20,000 nucleotides of DNA, taken from the NCBI GenBank assembly GCA_048128005.1, contig JBEUKZ010000064.1:556300-576299 (forward strand), written 5' to 3'. A program made the position numbers and the translations under genes. Below, piece after piece: positions 1-11,356 of this stretch. A model generated the notes under the pieces. It searched no databases. It saw only the letters and a program-made list of their open reading frames with translations, and had not been told where the DNA came from. The DNA is from Veleropilina oligotropha. Lineage: Eukaryota. Each line of letters starts with the position of its first letter. Position 1 is the stretch's first letter.

Positions 1-870
1 TTCCGTTCCTCTACTTTTTGGATTTGCATAACCTCCAGAGGAACGAAACGCTCATTCCTCTCAAATTTTAAGGCTTGGTTAACGGTGACTTTATTTAAAA
101 CTTGTTGGCGTAAACTCGATTACTGTAAATCATGAAATTTTGGCAAGCATAAAATTTTGGCGAACTTAGCGACGAAGCAAATTTCGCTAACATTTTATGC
201 CGCTAATATGTCTACTATTATATCCATATATAAGAAGGGTGGGTGACAGTCTTTAAGAAATATGTTTTTTAGCAATGTAACTAATAAACTATCTAACATT
301 GTTCAGGAGTAATGGGTTTTTATTACTTGCCATTTATGTATGAATAAACCATATTTTCACCACTTGTTTGTTCAACTTTATTCCATGAAAGGTCCGCTGA
401 AATCCTTCAAAAACGTGCGGAAAACTTAGGCCGGCCATTTTGTTTGTCTTTGTTTTAGTCTCGCCAAAAGGGGAATTCAGTAACAGAAACATATTCATTA
501 TTTATCATTTTATTAAACGATATTATTCGATCAGAAACCAATAGCAACAGCCCAATTCTGACTAATGTATGAAATTAACTTTAATATTAGGAATCGTACA
601 CCAAAGAACGGCGGAAACAAATGAGCATATCAACTTCCTTGCTATAGTTCTCGTTCTACAGATAACGTTTATTCAACAGCATTGCGTAGAGCCTCGTTTT
701 TGCACAAGTTCCACTACTGGTTCACTGCATAAATGAGTCCTCCCTTGATAACACATCAGTGTCCATTTTAATGACAAAAGACGATTAACTTTCTCTCTAC
801 TGGCAAGTAACACTACAGTATATTATGCATAGTACTTTATTAAGTAACAATTATTGAATAAACATAACAA

Positions 871-2213
871 ATGCATTTGTCATCCTATTACCGCCCAATA
901 TCCATTCTTAGTATTATCTCCAAAATTCTAGAAAGAATTGTGTATATACAGCTTGAAAGATATTTATGCGAAAATAACTTAATTTACGAATTCCAGTCAG
1001 GTTTTCGCCCTGGCTATTCCACCGACACTTGTTTGATCTATATGACTGATCATATAAGAAAAGAAATGGATAAAGGCAATTTTACCGGCATGGTAGTTTT
1101 AGATCTTCAAAAAGCGTTTGATACGGTTAACCATGATATTCTTTTAGGAAAATTAAGTGCTTGCGGGTTAAACCGCGAAGCAGTTTTATGGTTCAAGTCA
1201 TATTTACATGATAGAAAACAGGCTGTTAATGTAAATGGTACTCTGTCTGACGCAAACTCTGTTAATTGTGGTGTGCCACAAGGTTCCATTCTTGGACCCT
1301 TATTATTTTCCTTGTATGTAAATGACATGTCATCAGCGGTTTCTTGTAAATTGTTATTATACGCCGATGACACAGCTCTGATAGTATCTAGCAACACCAT
1401 AAATTTCATTCAGACAACGCTTAGCAGGGAATTAGAATCGATATACCAATGGCTGGTCGACAATAAGCTCTCCATTCATTTTGGCAAGACCGAATCAATC
1501 CTTTTTGGTACAAAGCCAAGACTTACTAAACAGAACACACTGAATATTCATTGTAACGGCAACAAAATATCAGAAACTAAAAGCATAAAATACCTTGGTG
1601 CCACTCTGGACCAATCACTTTCGGCAAGATCATGGCTGATAAAGTAATCTCAATGACAATATCAAGGCTTAAATTCTTATATAGAAACAAGGACCATCTA
1701 GACACACAGTCCCGCAAATTATTAGCTTCTGCACTGATTCTGTGTCACTTTGATTATGCTTGTTCATATTGGTATAGCGGTTTACCCAAAATGTCTATGC
1801 ATCGTCTACAAACCTGCCAAAATAAAGTCATTCGCTTTATTTTAAATCTTGACCAGAGGTCGCATGTAGGTCCATATCAATTTTCTAAAGTAGGCTGGCT
1901 TCCTGTTGAATATCGAGTAAAGTACATAAAGCTAGTTCATATGTACAAAATCACATCCGGTGCAGCTCCATCATATCTCACTATAGATGCAGTCCCCACT
2001 TCTTCAATTCATAATCATTTTACTCGCCACAGTCAATCATCGCTGCATATACGCAGACATCTCGGAGCAGGTCAAAAGTCATTCTATTACACAGCTTACC
2101 ATGCATGGAATTCTGTTCCACACAATATTCAAAATTGTACGTCCACTGCCTCATTTAAGCACAAAATCAAAATCCACTTACAAAATGAATTTCATGCCAC
2201 CAATAGCAATTAA
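871..2213 (+). pseudogene. LINE ORF2 reverse transcriptase plus C-terminal region, one frameshift near 1622
   Basis: Motifs YRPISIL, FQSGFR, LDLQKAFDTV, GVPQGSILGPLLF, YADD (1360-1371), KYLG and FDYACSYW. ORFs 871-1647 and 1632-2213 join if 1 nt is restored (LDQSLS-GKIMADKVIS). Confidence 0.9.
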
Positions 2214-2420
2214 AATGTCAACATGCAAAATATAAAATCTCTTTTGTACTATTATTTTGAATATATTGCTTGTATTATGCTTGTATCATTGCGATTGTAT
2301 GTAAATGTTGTTGTTGTTTATTATATGTATTTCTGGACCACAGTGGAAATAAGCATTGCGCTTTCTGTGTCATCCATGCTTTGATCTTAGCTAAATAAAA
2401 TCAATCAATCAATCAATCAA
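885..2420 (+). mobile_element. 5'-truncated CR1/L2-clade (Crack/L2-like) non-LTR retrotransposon
   Basis: RT homology starts at YRPISIL with no endonuclease domain. The 3' UTR has a stem-loop (~2334-2376), AATAAA (2394-2399) and a (TCAA)5 tail (2401-2420). Confidence 0.88.
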
Positions 2421-2859
2421 TTAATTAGTACTTTATTTGAAAGCACCAATTCACATTTTACGCTCACATGACGACTTACAATCGGAACACCAGTGTCATT
2501 ATATTAATTCTATTACGATTTGTACAATGAACTTGCAACCTACTTAGATACTTAGTCATCCTGCTAATAGTCATACTTCACTATCTGCAGTTGCGATAAC
2601 AATGTGTAACAATCAGACAATTAACAGCTATACGGGGCGTCAGATAACATTTAAAGTAATTATAATTTGCATTGTTGTCAGTCTCGCTAATAATGCATTT
2701 CCCGAAATTCGATTATTGCTAAAATTACATGTCGCTAATTGGTCCATTGTGACCAATTCGCTAAATTTTTATGCCTCTAATATATTATGGTTTACAGTAT
2801 ATTATAAATTATAAATAGTACTGAAATTACATAAATTTAGCCAACACTGTCTAATGTCA

Positions 2860-3072
<213 letters not shown>

Positions 3073-3569
3073 CTATTAGTAATACTAGTAATTATACAAC
3101 CGGTGTGCACTGGTTTGCACTATGTAGGTGCCAGGTGGGTGAAAATACACCGGACCACACAGCATCCGACCGTCTATCCGATAAAGATGCTATAAATTTA
3201 CAATCGAGGCTGAGATCACAAAATGTAAAAATTTGGCCGTAAACCTAATCATATCAAACAAATGATATTTCTTTCCCAAAGTATCTATTACAGAATGTCA
3301 TAAAATCTATTCACAATGTAACAATGTCGCATTCAAGAATATTTATGATAGTAATATTTGTAAAAGGGCTGAGACGCTAATAATTATTTTAATGTCATAA
3401 AATCTTTGATATTAATTGTGACTCTCTTCGACTAAATCTAATCTTATAAAATTATTGTATAATTTAATAGACATATAATAGGTCTACTTTTGACATTATA
3501 GATACTGCTCGACATAGCCAGTGGCGAGTAAATGTCCATTTGGGCGACTAGAGAGTAAAAACAATATAC

Positions 3570-3709
3570 GTTACCCTGGGGCGGCGAGTTTGAGACGTAC
3601 GTTTATCCTGAGTGTTGAAAATGTCACATGAGACGAAGTAGAGTGTGACATTTGATTTTCATAGCGAACAGGATAAACGTACGTCTCAAACGAGACGCCA
3701 CAGGGTAAC
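3570..3709. repeat. 140-bp foldback palindrome (probable non-autonomous element)
   Basis: Perfect 22-bp arms at 3589-3610 and 3669-3690, outer arms gttaccctg/cagggtaac, inner arms aaatgtcaca/tgtgacattt, and a central gac-GAA-gta. Confidence 0.8.
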
Positions 3710-3773
3710 ATTTTTATTTTCATTTTAAAAAATATCTAACTTTATATGCCGGTCAATGATGAACAATGACTAA

Positions 3774-3984
3774 CTAATTACATACCAATCCCGCCTTTTG
3801 ACGTTGTATTTATGTGCTCCCAGTCCCCAATCACGTCAATAGACGTGCTAAATTCACCCTCTCTATTCCCCAAGCCCGCCAAAAGGTGGGCCTGATGTCA
3901 CGTGTTACAAATTCACTGATTTGCGACAGTCTGTAGCTCTCCATGCAACTAGTGACAGTTGACCAATAAAACGATGTCTTTTAA
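3774..3984 (+). repeat. dispersed repeat A, partial copy 1
   Basis: Clear direct-repeat similarity to 4178-4392 (taccaatcccgccttttgacgttgtatttatgtgctcccagtcc...). Confidence 0.85.
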
Positions 3985-4027
3985 CTCTTTAGCATTTAAA
4001 CCGGCCGCGGAAAATATGACGTCATTA

Positions 4028-4117
4028 CAGCCCTCGGAATTAAGGTCGGCATTCGGCAATGCCGACCTCGTTGCCGACCTGCAAGCGCACGAGGTCGGCA
4101 AAAATTTGCCGACCTCG
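4028..4117. repeat. orphan DNA-transposon terminus with five TGCCGACCT/AGGTCGGCA subterminal motifs
   Basis: Starts CAGCCCTCGGAA. 9-mer copies at 4043, 4060, 4072, 4092 and 4107 occur in mixed orientation, like hAT subterminal binding arrays. Confidence 0.5.
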
Positions 4118-4177
4118 ATTTATCTTGCTAAAAGGTCTGTTCATATATATTATACTAATTACAATATTTATTCATAA

Positions 4178-4540
4178 CTTGTTAACGTACCAATCCCGCC
4201 TTTTGACGTTGTATTTATGTGCTCCCAGTCCACAATCACGTCTACAGACGTGCTAAATTCACCCTCTCTAATCCCCAAGCCCGTCAAAAGGCGGGCCCGA
4301 CGTCGCGTGTTACAAAGTCGCTGATTTGCGACAGTCTGTAGCTCTCCATGCAATAGTGTTATCAGTTGACCAATAAAACGATGTCTTTTAAGTCTTGTTT
4401 GTCAATTTGTTTTTGTTTTCATTGGCTAGTATAATTTAAGCATACCATATGCAAACCCCGCGAAACTAGGTCAAATTTAACACCTGGCAGTGACTGGCCA
4501 GACAGTGACATCACACCATGATGTGCTTTTGTTTACAACT
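4178..4540 (+). mobile_element. dispersed repeat A, copy 2 (possible piggyBac-like terminus)
   Basis: Reverse complement of 14117-14451 over about 350 bp. Contains an internal 14-bp inverted repeat cccgccttttgacg/cgtcaaaaggcggg. Confidence 0.75.
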
Positions 4541-4542
4541 AA

Positions 4543-4700
4543 GGCCCCTTTCACACTGCATTCGGATTCTGCTTGGATCCGAATTCTACGCTTTGCCCAT
4601 GCGTACTACGCTAATTACAGCCAGGCAATCAAAGTCACACTTCGGTTACAGAATTTGCCTGAAATCGGTCGGTTTCGCTTCGATTCGCAGGCATGAAATG
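4543..4700. mobile_element. PIF/Harbinger-like left terminus (orphan)
   Basis: TAA|GGCCCCTTTCACACT begins where repeat A homology stops. No matching right TIR was seen and the right boundary is approximate. Confidence 0.4.
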
Positions 4701-5026
4701 TAAACATGCTACTGTACGAAATCGTCAACAATAATACATGCAGCGTCAATTTGTTCTTAATTAATAGGACAATTTTATTATATTACTTCGCAATATAACG
4801 ATGGATTCCAGGAATAAAAATCATTAAATTGCATTTATTTGTCATGTATATATTCGCATTTTTATCATTGTGGAAAAAAGTTTCGGTAAGAAAAGATGCT
4901 GTTGAATGCAATGAAATAAAGCATTTCTAAATAAGATTTATTGTAAAACGCATAAGCAATCGACCTGTTGGGTAACACAAGTGCCCATAGAAAAATCACA
5001 ACCAAAGAGAACATATAACTAGTCTG

Positions 5027-5237
5027 ATTTTTTAAAGAACCATTGCAAAGGATCTTGACTAATAAATATATATATATATATATTATATAAATAGTATGTG
5101 AATGACCGTTCGACGTCAGAAATTGAGAATGCCAATTTTTTTAAAGAACCATTGCAAAGGATCTTGAATAATAATAAATATATATATATTATATAAATAG
5201 CATGTAAATAAATGACCGTTCGACGTCAGAATGCCAA
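5027..5237 (+). repeat. local tandem duplication, period ~109 bp
   Basis: ttttttaaagaaccattgcaaaggatcttga-(TA)n-aatgaccgttcgacgtcagaa occurs twice (aaagaacc at 5034 and 5143). Confidence 0.85.
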
Positions 5238-5457
5238 AATTGCTAGATAAACACTGACGCGAACGCTCATTACAAGGTGACAACACTCACAGATATTGTT
5301 GTTTTACCATTTTGCAGTTAATTGTAGTACAAACATTGAAGAGATTCTCGTCCTTTGATGTTGGCAAAAATTTCGCCTGTTCACATTGATAATTTGATTC
5401 AGATACGAGTCACTGGGGGTTGACGGGCATGTTTGTTTATCATTGTTCTTTCAATTA

Positions 5458-5716
5458 GGAGGAGGAATTATGCTTAATGTCCTGTATATTTATAACATCG
5501 AGGTTCAAGGCAGGACATGTCCGTGTTATCGCGGGAGGAAACCCCGGTCGCCGGGTAAACCCGCCCTCTTCGGCCAGTCACGGACAACTGTGCTTCATAA
5601 CTTGAACAAATGTGTGCTGCCTCAGCCGGGGGTCGATCCCACTACTGTTCACGTCAGCGGAAACAAGCCAGTGAAGTTAGAGTGGACACTCTACCCACTG
5701 CGCTACCGAAGCGGCC
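5458..5716 (-). mobile_element. tRNA-derived SINE, young copy 1
   Basis: A-box TAGCGCAGTGG, B-box-like GGATCGACCCC, V-domain-like GGGTTTACCCGGCGACCGGGGTTTCCTCCC, and a (TCC)n tail. 11-bp TSD with one mismatch: tctttcaatta (5447-5457) and tctttcgatta (5717-5727). Confidence 0.9.
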
Positions 5717-6225
5717 TCTTTCGATTAACACCCGAGATAAGAAAAAATATTTCGATTCAATTGGATAGGTGGTTTCACTTCGGTTGTAGATCGAGCAAGG
5801 TTTATGAGGGCAAATTTCAATTTTTAATGTTCCAAAATGACATTTGTCAATATTTTATTTGTTCAAAAAATGAATATTGAAATTTAATTGCATTAATGTT
5901 TTTCATTTTTGCTATTTTTGATTTTGTGAAAATATTTGTAAAATAGTATATTTGGCGGATTTGTCTGTTCGTCCACAATGTCGCTGATGAAAATTGGATA
6001 TATTCAATTTGAGGCAGAAAAGCGACACGTTTATGTATATTAGTAACGAATTGCGGCGGTAGGCCCTTATCTATAGAGATCCAGTTGAAATGTCGTATAT
6101 CCATTATTTATGTGCAAGCACGACGCAATAGGTATTATAGAAATGGTAAATTTGAACCAATTCCATACGAAAGCCGTACGATTAAACCCATTGTCTACGA
6201 ATACGGAAACTTATTATAGTGCTTA

Positions 6226-7548
6226 GGCCAAACAAAAAATGTATTATGTTTCTGGTTTCCGCGCGCGTCAGTTCCAACCCTGCGCGTCAATATTTTTTAT
6301 TTTTTGTAAACAAGGACAAGACATTATCAAATATACTGTAATCAGGGTTTCGTTTCTAATAAAGGTGGTCGCGCGCCAACTGTCTAGGCAAAACATTCTT
6401 TGACAAAACGCAAAATATACCACTACAGGAATATATTGCATATAGACAGATATTGTATTGAAATAACATGGATAAAGTTACCTAATAATACCTTCATGCT
6501 GTAAATATTATGCAGTCTTTACTCAATGAAAATGTTATAAATTCGTGGCAATCCACCAGACAAAACAGTCCCTACTAATGGTATCTAGCCATGTCTGGGT
6601 TTCCCTCCCTCTCGGCTGTTCCAGTAACGTTAATAGACGGAACAGCCAAATTTGCTCCTGAGATCAAACGCAAGAATTTATCAACAGATCTGAGGAAACA
6701 CCTCACAAGCAGATCCCTAATTTGCATACATTAATTTGCATACATCTCGCAAACACACAGTCCTGGGCACTGACATCAATATTAAAGAAAGGTCAAAGCT
6801 TATGAAATGGATTATTTATTGGAGGTAAAATAAAAATGAAAGGGCACAGAAAGAGAAAACAACAAATTAAGCAATATAAAAAATAATAATGCATGATCAT
6901 GACAAAATAAAAAGTTATTTTATATTTACAAGAAATATACTAGTGAACATTGAATTGACTGTATATGTATGTATGCAATGCATGTGTGCTGCATGCACAC
7001 ACACACACATATATATATAATATATATACCCTCGATTTATTTGAAAACTAAATTTCACTAAAATTGGTATATATGCATTCCCACGAGTATTTATAGGTCG
7101 TGTTAAACTTTAGTGACACAATATTTGCAAGATGTGCATAATATAGCAACCTTTATCCATCGCATTATTAAAGAATACTAGTTATTAATTCCTAAGACGT
7201 CATTTTGTCGCAGTTTCTATTTTTGCTCTTTGGAAGTATACCATGCTGAAATAAAAAAATCCCGATAAAAAAAAAACTAGAAATATGTCCATCGGACACG
7301 AATGCCCCCACTGGCAGCCTTGACCATAGGGGCAGTGTACAAAGTATCAAGTCAATCCATGAAGGCAAATAGAAGTTATAGCAGATTGGAGTTGCTTACA
7401 CCCAAATACTGGTTTCGGGACGGACGGGACGGACAAGAGTAAATCTAAATGCCACCCCAATAAATTGGTGGTGGTATAAAAACCGCATGGCCGCATCATT
7501 TCTCAGTTGACCATGATACCAGAAACATAACATTTTTTTTGTTTTGCC
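6226..7548. mobile_element. non-autonomous TIR element flanked by TTA on both sides
   Basis: TIRs ggccaaacaaaaaatgtattatgtttctggt and (rc) ggcaaaacaaaaaaaatgttatgtttctggt. TTA at 6223-6225 and 7549-7551 (a TWA duplication as in PIF/Harbinger; superfamily uncertain). Confidence 0.7.
7275..7482 (+). mobile_element. short Helentron-associated non-autonomous element (HINE/DINE-1-like), nested
   Basis: AACTAG start, gacacgaatgcccc block, one aatccatgaaggca monomer core, (GGAC)n, 3' hairpin gccacc..ggtggt, then ataaaaa. Inserted into an A-run. Confidence 0.75.
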
Positions 7549-7700
7549 TTACCTTTTGTATAAATAGTCCTATATGTGGCGCATTCTTAAAACGTAAAAT
7601 GGACGAGATAATAGGTAGCCAGCCTACTATTAAATAAAATATGAATTGCGATTTTACATCATTTAAATTTAGAAGTGAATGTGAATTTACTTAATGATTA

Positions 7701-7830
7701 GGCCAAATAAAATTATATGTGTGTTTCCTATTACATTGTCAAAAAACATAGGTAGGGTAGGTAGGTGAAATGTTTTTTTTTTGTGAAATCTTTTTATTAC
7801 CAATTTACTAGGTAGGTAGGCAGCCACCAA
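7701..7830. mobile_element. orphan left end related to the 6226-7548 family
   Basis: TTA|GGCCAAATAAAATTATATGTGTGTTTCC followed by (GGTA)n blocks. No right end was found. Confidence 0.4.
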
Positions 7831-8615
7831 CTTTTTTTTTTCTTGCAAAAAACTGATCAGTATCGCGTAGTGTAACAGTGCAATAAATGTGTATGTCAAG
7901 ACTTGTCTATATGTATACTATTACAAACATTGTATTTTAAGGCAAATTTACACAACCATGGGAGTATTTTTGTATACAACTTTATTCATAAATCTTTCAC
8001 AAATAATCTGGATCCAATGCACGGTTCATAAGATGATATAGTTATATCCCTTTATTTTAAAACAATATTGAACAGGATATTGGCAATAATTTGCGCCTGC
8101 CAGACATATGTAATACTGTTATTATCAGATTCACTCTACTTTGAATGGATCAGATACACATGGAAAAAAGGCCTCGTTATATTATAAAAGGAAGCTGCAT
8201 TTCGGACAAGCAGATGACTAACAATTTATTCGATGGAAGCCGACAACGATGATGATGCTACAGTAGCTTGTAATTAAAGTGGAACTCACCTTTAAATTAA
8301 GTGGCATCATAAAATCTTCTGTAAATAACATACAACTAAGCGAACTTTTATTCACTAGAGAGTTCCAATTATTGAATAGACGTTTGTCGCCAAGGCGCGG
8401 TCGAGATGTTATGCGATATTTTATTACATTTTGCAACGATATCAACTAAAGGTAAGTAAAAACAATGTATAATTTACAAAATTGGCGCTTGCAACACAGG
8501 GGTCAAGCTGTGTTAAAGGACAGGGAGAAGTGACTTCTATTTTGAGAGCCAACAAGGAGAAGTCAGAGCTGACAGAGAGGTGACAATATCGTAAATAAAA
8601 AACACATTACGAAAT

Positions 8616-10121
8616 AAACTAGATATGTCAGAGTGACACGAATGCCCCCTCTGAAACAACTGCCAGGAATGAAAGAAATTCGAAGTGAAAAGCAATAACT
8701 CTCTTAACATTGAATTTACGCATTTAACAATGTATGAATAAGTATACACCTATATTCCAAATATAGTTTCATTCCATGAATGTATTCAAAAGTTATCGTC
8801 CAGAATAGAAATCAAAATTAAATTAATAATTCTAAATGAAGTTGGGAAATTATAGAAATGAAACTCCACTAAGATATTCTGATATACATGTGTATATCAA
8901 ATTAATTTAATTTGAATCCATGAATGCCTTAATATAGCGCAGAATGTAAAGCATTCATTCGAGAGACAAACATGTGTAACAATAAATGCTCTCCATTCTT
9001 CGTTTTGCAGGGGACCGGGCATAAAATTTGTTTCCAATGATATTACACATGTATACCAAATGTAATTTATATCCGTGAAGGCATTATCAAGTTATCGGCC
9101 GAAAATTGAAAAAAAAATTGCATGTTGATGAAGGGACATAACTCCCTTATGTGAAGGCGGAATGTCACCGAAATCTAACTCCACTTAGCTATTATGATCA
9201 TACACGTGAATATCAAATTTAATTTAAATCCATGATGGCATTCTGAAGTTACCGCCACGAAATGAAAAATTGTTTCAAAGTGAATCAAGGGGCATAACTC
9301 CCTTATGGAACATGGGAATTTTACCGAAATCGCACTGCACTTAGCCATTACAATCATACACATGAATACCAAATTTTATGTAAATCCATGAAGGCATTCT
9401 CAAGTTACCGCCCGGAAATGAAAAAATGTTTCAAAGTGAATCAAGGGGCATAATGGAAACTCGGAATGTTACCGAAATCGAACTTCACTTCGGCATTATG
9501 ATCATACATGGGAATACCAAATTTAATGCAAATCCATGAAGGCATTCTGAAGTTACCGCCCGGAAATGAAAAAATGTTTCAAAGTGAATCAAGGGGCATA
9601 ACTCCTTTATGGAAATTCGGAATGTTACCGAAATCGAACTTGACTTGGGTATTATGATCATACATGCGAATACCAAATTTAATGTAAATCCATGAAGGCA
9701 TTCTGAAGTTACCGCCCGGAAATGAAAAAATGTTTCCAAGTGAATCAAGGGGCATAACTCCTTTATGGGAAATCGGAATGTTACCGAAATCGAACTTGAC
9801 TTCGGTATTATGATCATACACGTGAATACCAAATTTAATGCAAATCCATGAAGGCATTCTGAAGTTACCGTCCGGAAATGAAAAAATGTTTCAAAGTGAA
9901 TCAAGGGGCATAACTCCTTAATGGAAATGCGGAATGTTACCGTAATCGAACTTGACTTAGCTATTATGATCATACACTTGCATACCAAATTTAATTTAAA
10001 TCCATGAAGGCATTCTAAAGTTATAGCCCGGAAACGAAGTTCGGACGGACGGACGGACGCCCGCCCGGACGGACGTGTGCAACACTATATGCCCCCAAAC
10101 TTCGTTTAGGGGGCATAAAAA
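8616..10121 (+). mobile_element. Helentron-associated element (HINE) carrying a satellite array
   Basis: Same 5' end as the 7275 copy (aaactagatatgtc..gacacgaatgcccc), central tandem array, (GGAC)n at ~10043-10074, and 3' hairpin atgcccccaaac-ttc-gtttagggggcat followed by aaaaa. The architecture matches pearl/DTC84/Cg170-type elements of bivalves. Confidence 0.8.
9040..10035 (+). repeat. 156-bp tandem satellite, ~6 monomers
   Basis: The aaatccatga anchor recurs at 9069 (variant), 9226, 9382, 9530, 9686, 9842 and 9998 (spacings 157, 156, 148, 156, 156, 156). Confidence 0.95.
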
Positions 10122-11019
10122 CACATTACATAATTTGAGTAATTATGGTTTGTAATGCCATTGTGTATTAAATATATTTTTACAACTGTTTGTTTATTTT
10201 TATTGTTTATATAATAACGAGCACGAAGTGTGAGCTCTATAGGTAACGTGTGTAGAAAATAATCAATGATCAACTAAATCTAGTGTACCCTTACCTTTCT
10301 GATTATTAGGACGGAAACGGGTTGCATGCTGGGATCGTTTAACATTGATATGGGCCTTTTGCTTATGGGTATACATTTTATTTATTTGTCAAGCGTGTCA
10401 AACGCGAAGCGCTTCCACATTAAACATGCATATGACAGGCGCGCAGCGCCTGTCATAAATACCGAATTCCGCTGAAGTTTTAAAGCCAAGTCTCGGATAT
10501 CCGTTAGCGGTGACGTCTTTGCCTTGAATTCGCCAGTGTCGTCTTGGCAACGAGAAAATGATTCGGTAAATTCGCGGAGTTTACCGATAGATTCAAACTA
10601 AGAGAGTGTTGTGTACCTTATATGAATAAGTAACGGGCTCTAAGTAACGAACGTAATATACTAAACAAATACTTTAAATGGACGAGCCACAGCCATGTGC
10701 GCTTCGAGCCGTACGCCGCTTCCCTCGCTTCGATAACATAGGCATAGTGTCTGTGTGTCGACTAGGCGGTGCGCAATACAAGTAATTTCACCGGTGCACA
10801 TAAATAAAATATCCGTTACAAAGAATATCGTTGCAACCCACTACATCGCTCCTCAAGTTACAATATAAGTTTTACCATAACATAAAACTAAGACCAGTGG
10901 TCCCCAATGGCCATTTTGCTTTACCAGACATCCGGTCCTGTAAAGTTGCAAAGTTTACAGGACCGAATGATATTTTACAGGACCGAAAAATAATGTTGCA
11001 AGAACATGCGGAATATGAT

Positions 11020-11267
11020 AATAGTGAGAGTCCCATATATTATGCACCTTTTCGGGCAATGTCGGTCATTGTTGGGTTGGGACATGTTCATATTAATTAT
11101 GTGGAAGGTAAGCCTGCTAGTAAAACACGCACACACCGGTCGGTTTTGGGCAACCGTGTCTGAAACCTTGCATTATCTTCGAACGGATTCGGACCCTCAA
11201 CGCAAAGCCAGAGCAGACAAGCCAAGTCGCTTCACCATCTTCACTGTATCCAATCGGCCACTAGTAA
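11020..11267 (-). mobile_element. diverged tRNA-derived SINE inside the hAT 3' region
   Basis: A-box TGGCCGATTGG (11260-11250) and B-box-like GGTCCGAATCC (11195-11185). Collinear blocks are shared with the young SINE (tggcttgt; cacggttgccc vs cacagttgtcc; gcgtgttttac vs gcgggtttac; acatgtcc). Boundaries are approximate. Confidence 0.65.
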
Positions 11268-11356
11268 GAAATAACTAAATATAAATGATTAATAGCTAGG
11301 ATAAAAAAACAACACTTAAAATGTAAAATTTATGTAACAATTTGTATTTATAAATT

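Larger units (their letters stand above)
121..2799. mobile_element. non-autonomous TIR element (TA-flanked, probably Tc1/mariner-type), split by a LINE insertion
   Basis: Termini TACTGTAAA (121-129) and TTTACAGTA (2791-2799) with about 45 bp of imperfect TIR (tactgtaaatcatgaaattttggcaagcataaaattttggcgaa vs tactgtaaaccataatatattagaggcataaaaatttagcgaa). Confidence 0.7.

Noticed and set aside
5443..5880. 145-aa ORF with a near-identical partner at 14927-15214
   Set aside because: Both are antisense readings of the SINE copies.
7960..8460. possible decayed transposase behind the 7701 terminus
   Set aside because: No recognisable motif in the frames I translated. A TBLASTN or HMM search would be needed.
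9175..9988. ORFs with 52-aa repeats (9485-9988, 9579-9857, 9175-9372)
   Set aside because: These are translations of the 156-bp satellite, whose length is divisible by 3, and show no protein-like features.
9040..10035. CRISPR-like regular repeat array
   Set aside because: Whole monomers repeat with no unique spacers, there are no cas genes, and the context is eukaryotic.
10895..11158. small self-contained hAT MITE ending at ttgggcaaccgtg
   Set aside because: The flanks actaagac and tctgaaac do not form a TSD, and the motif is explained by the SINE body.
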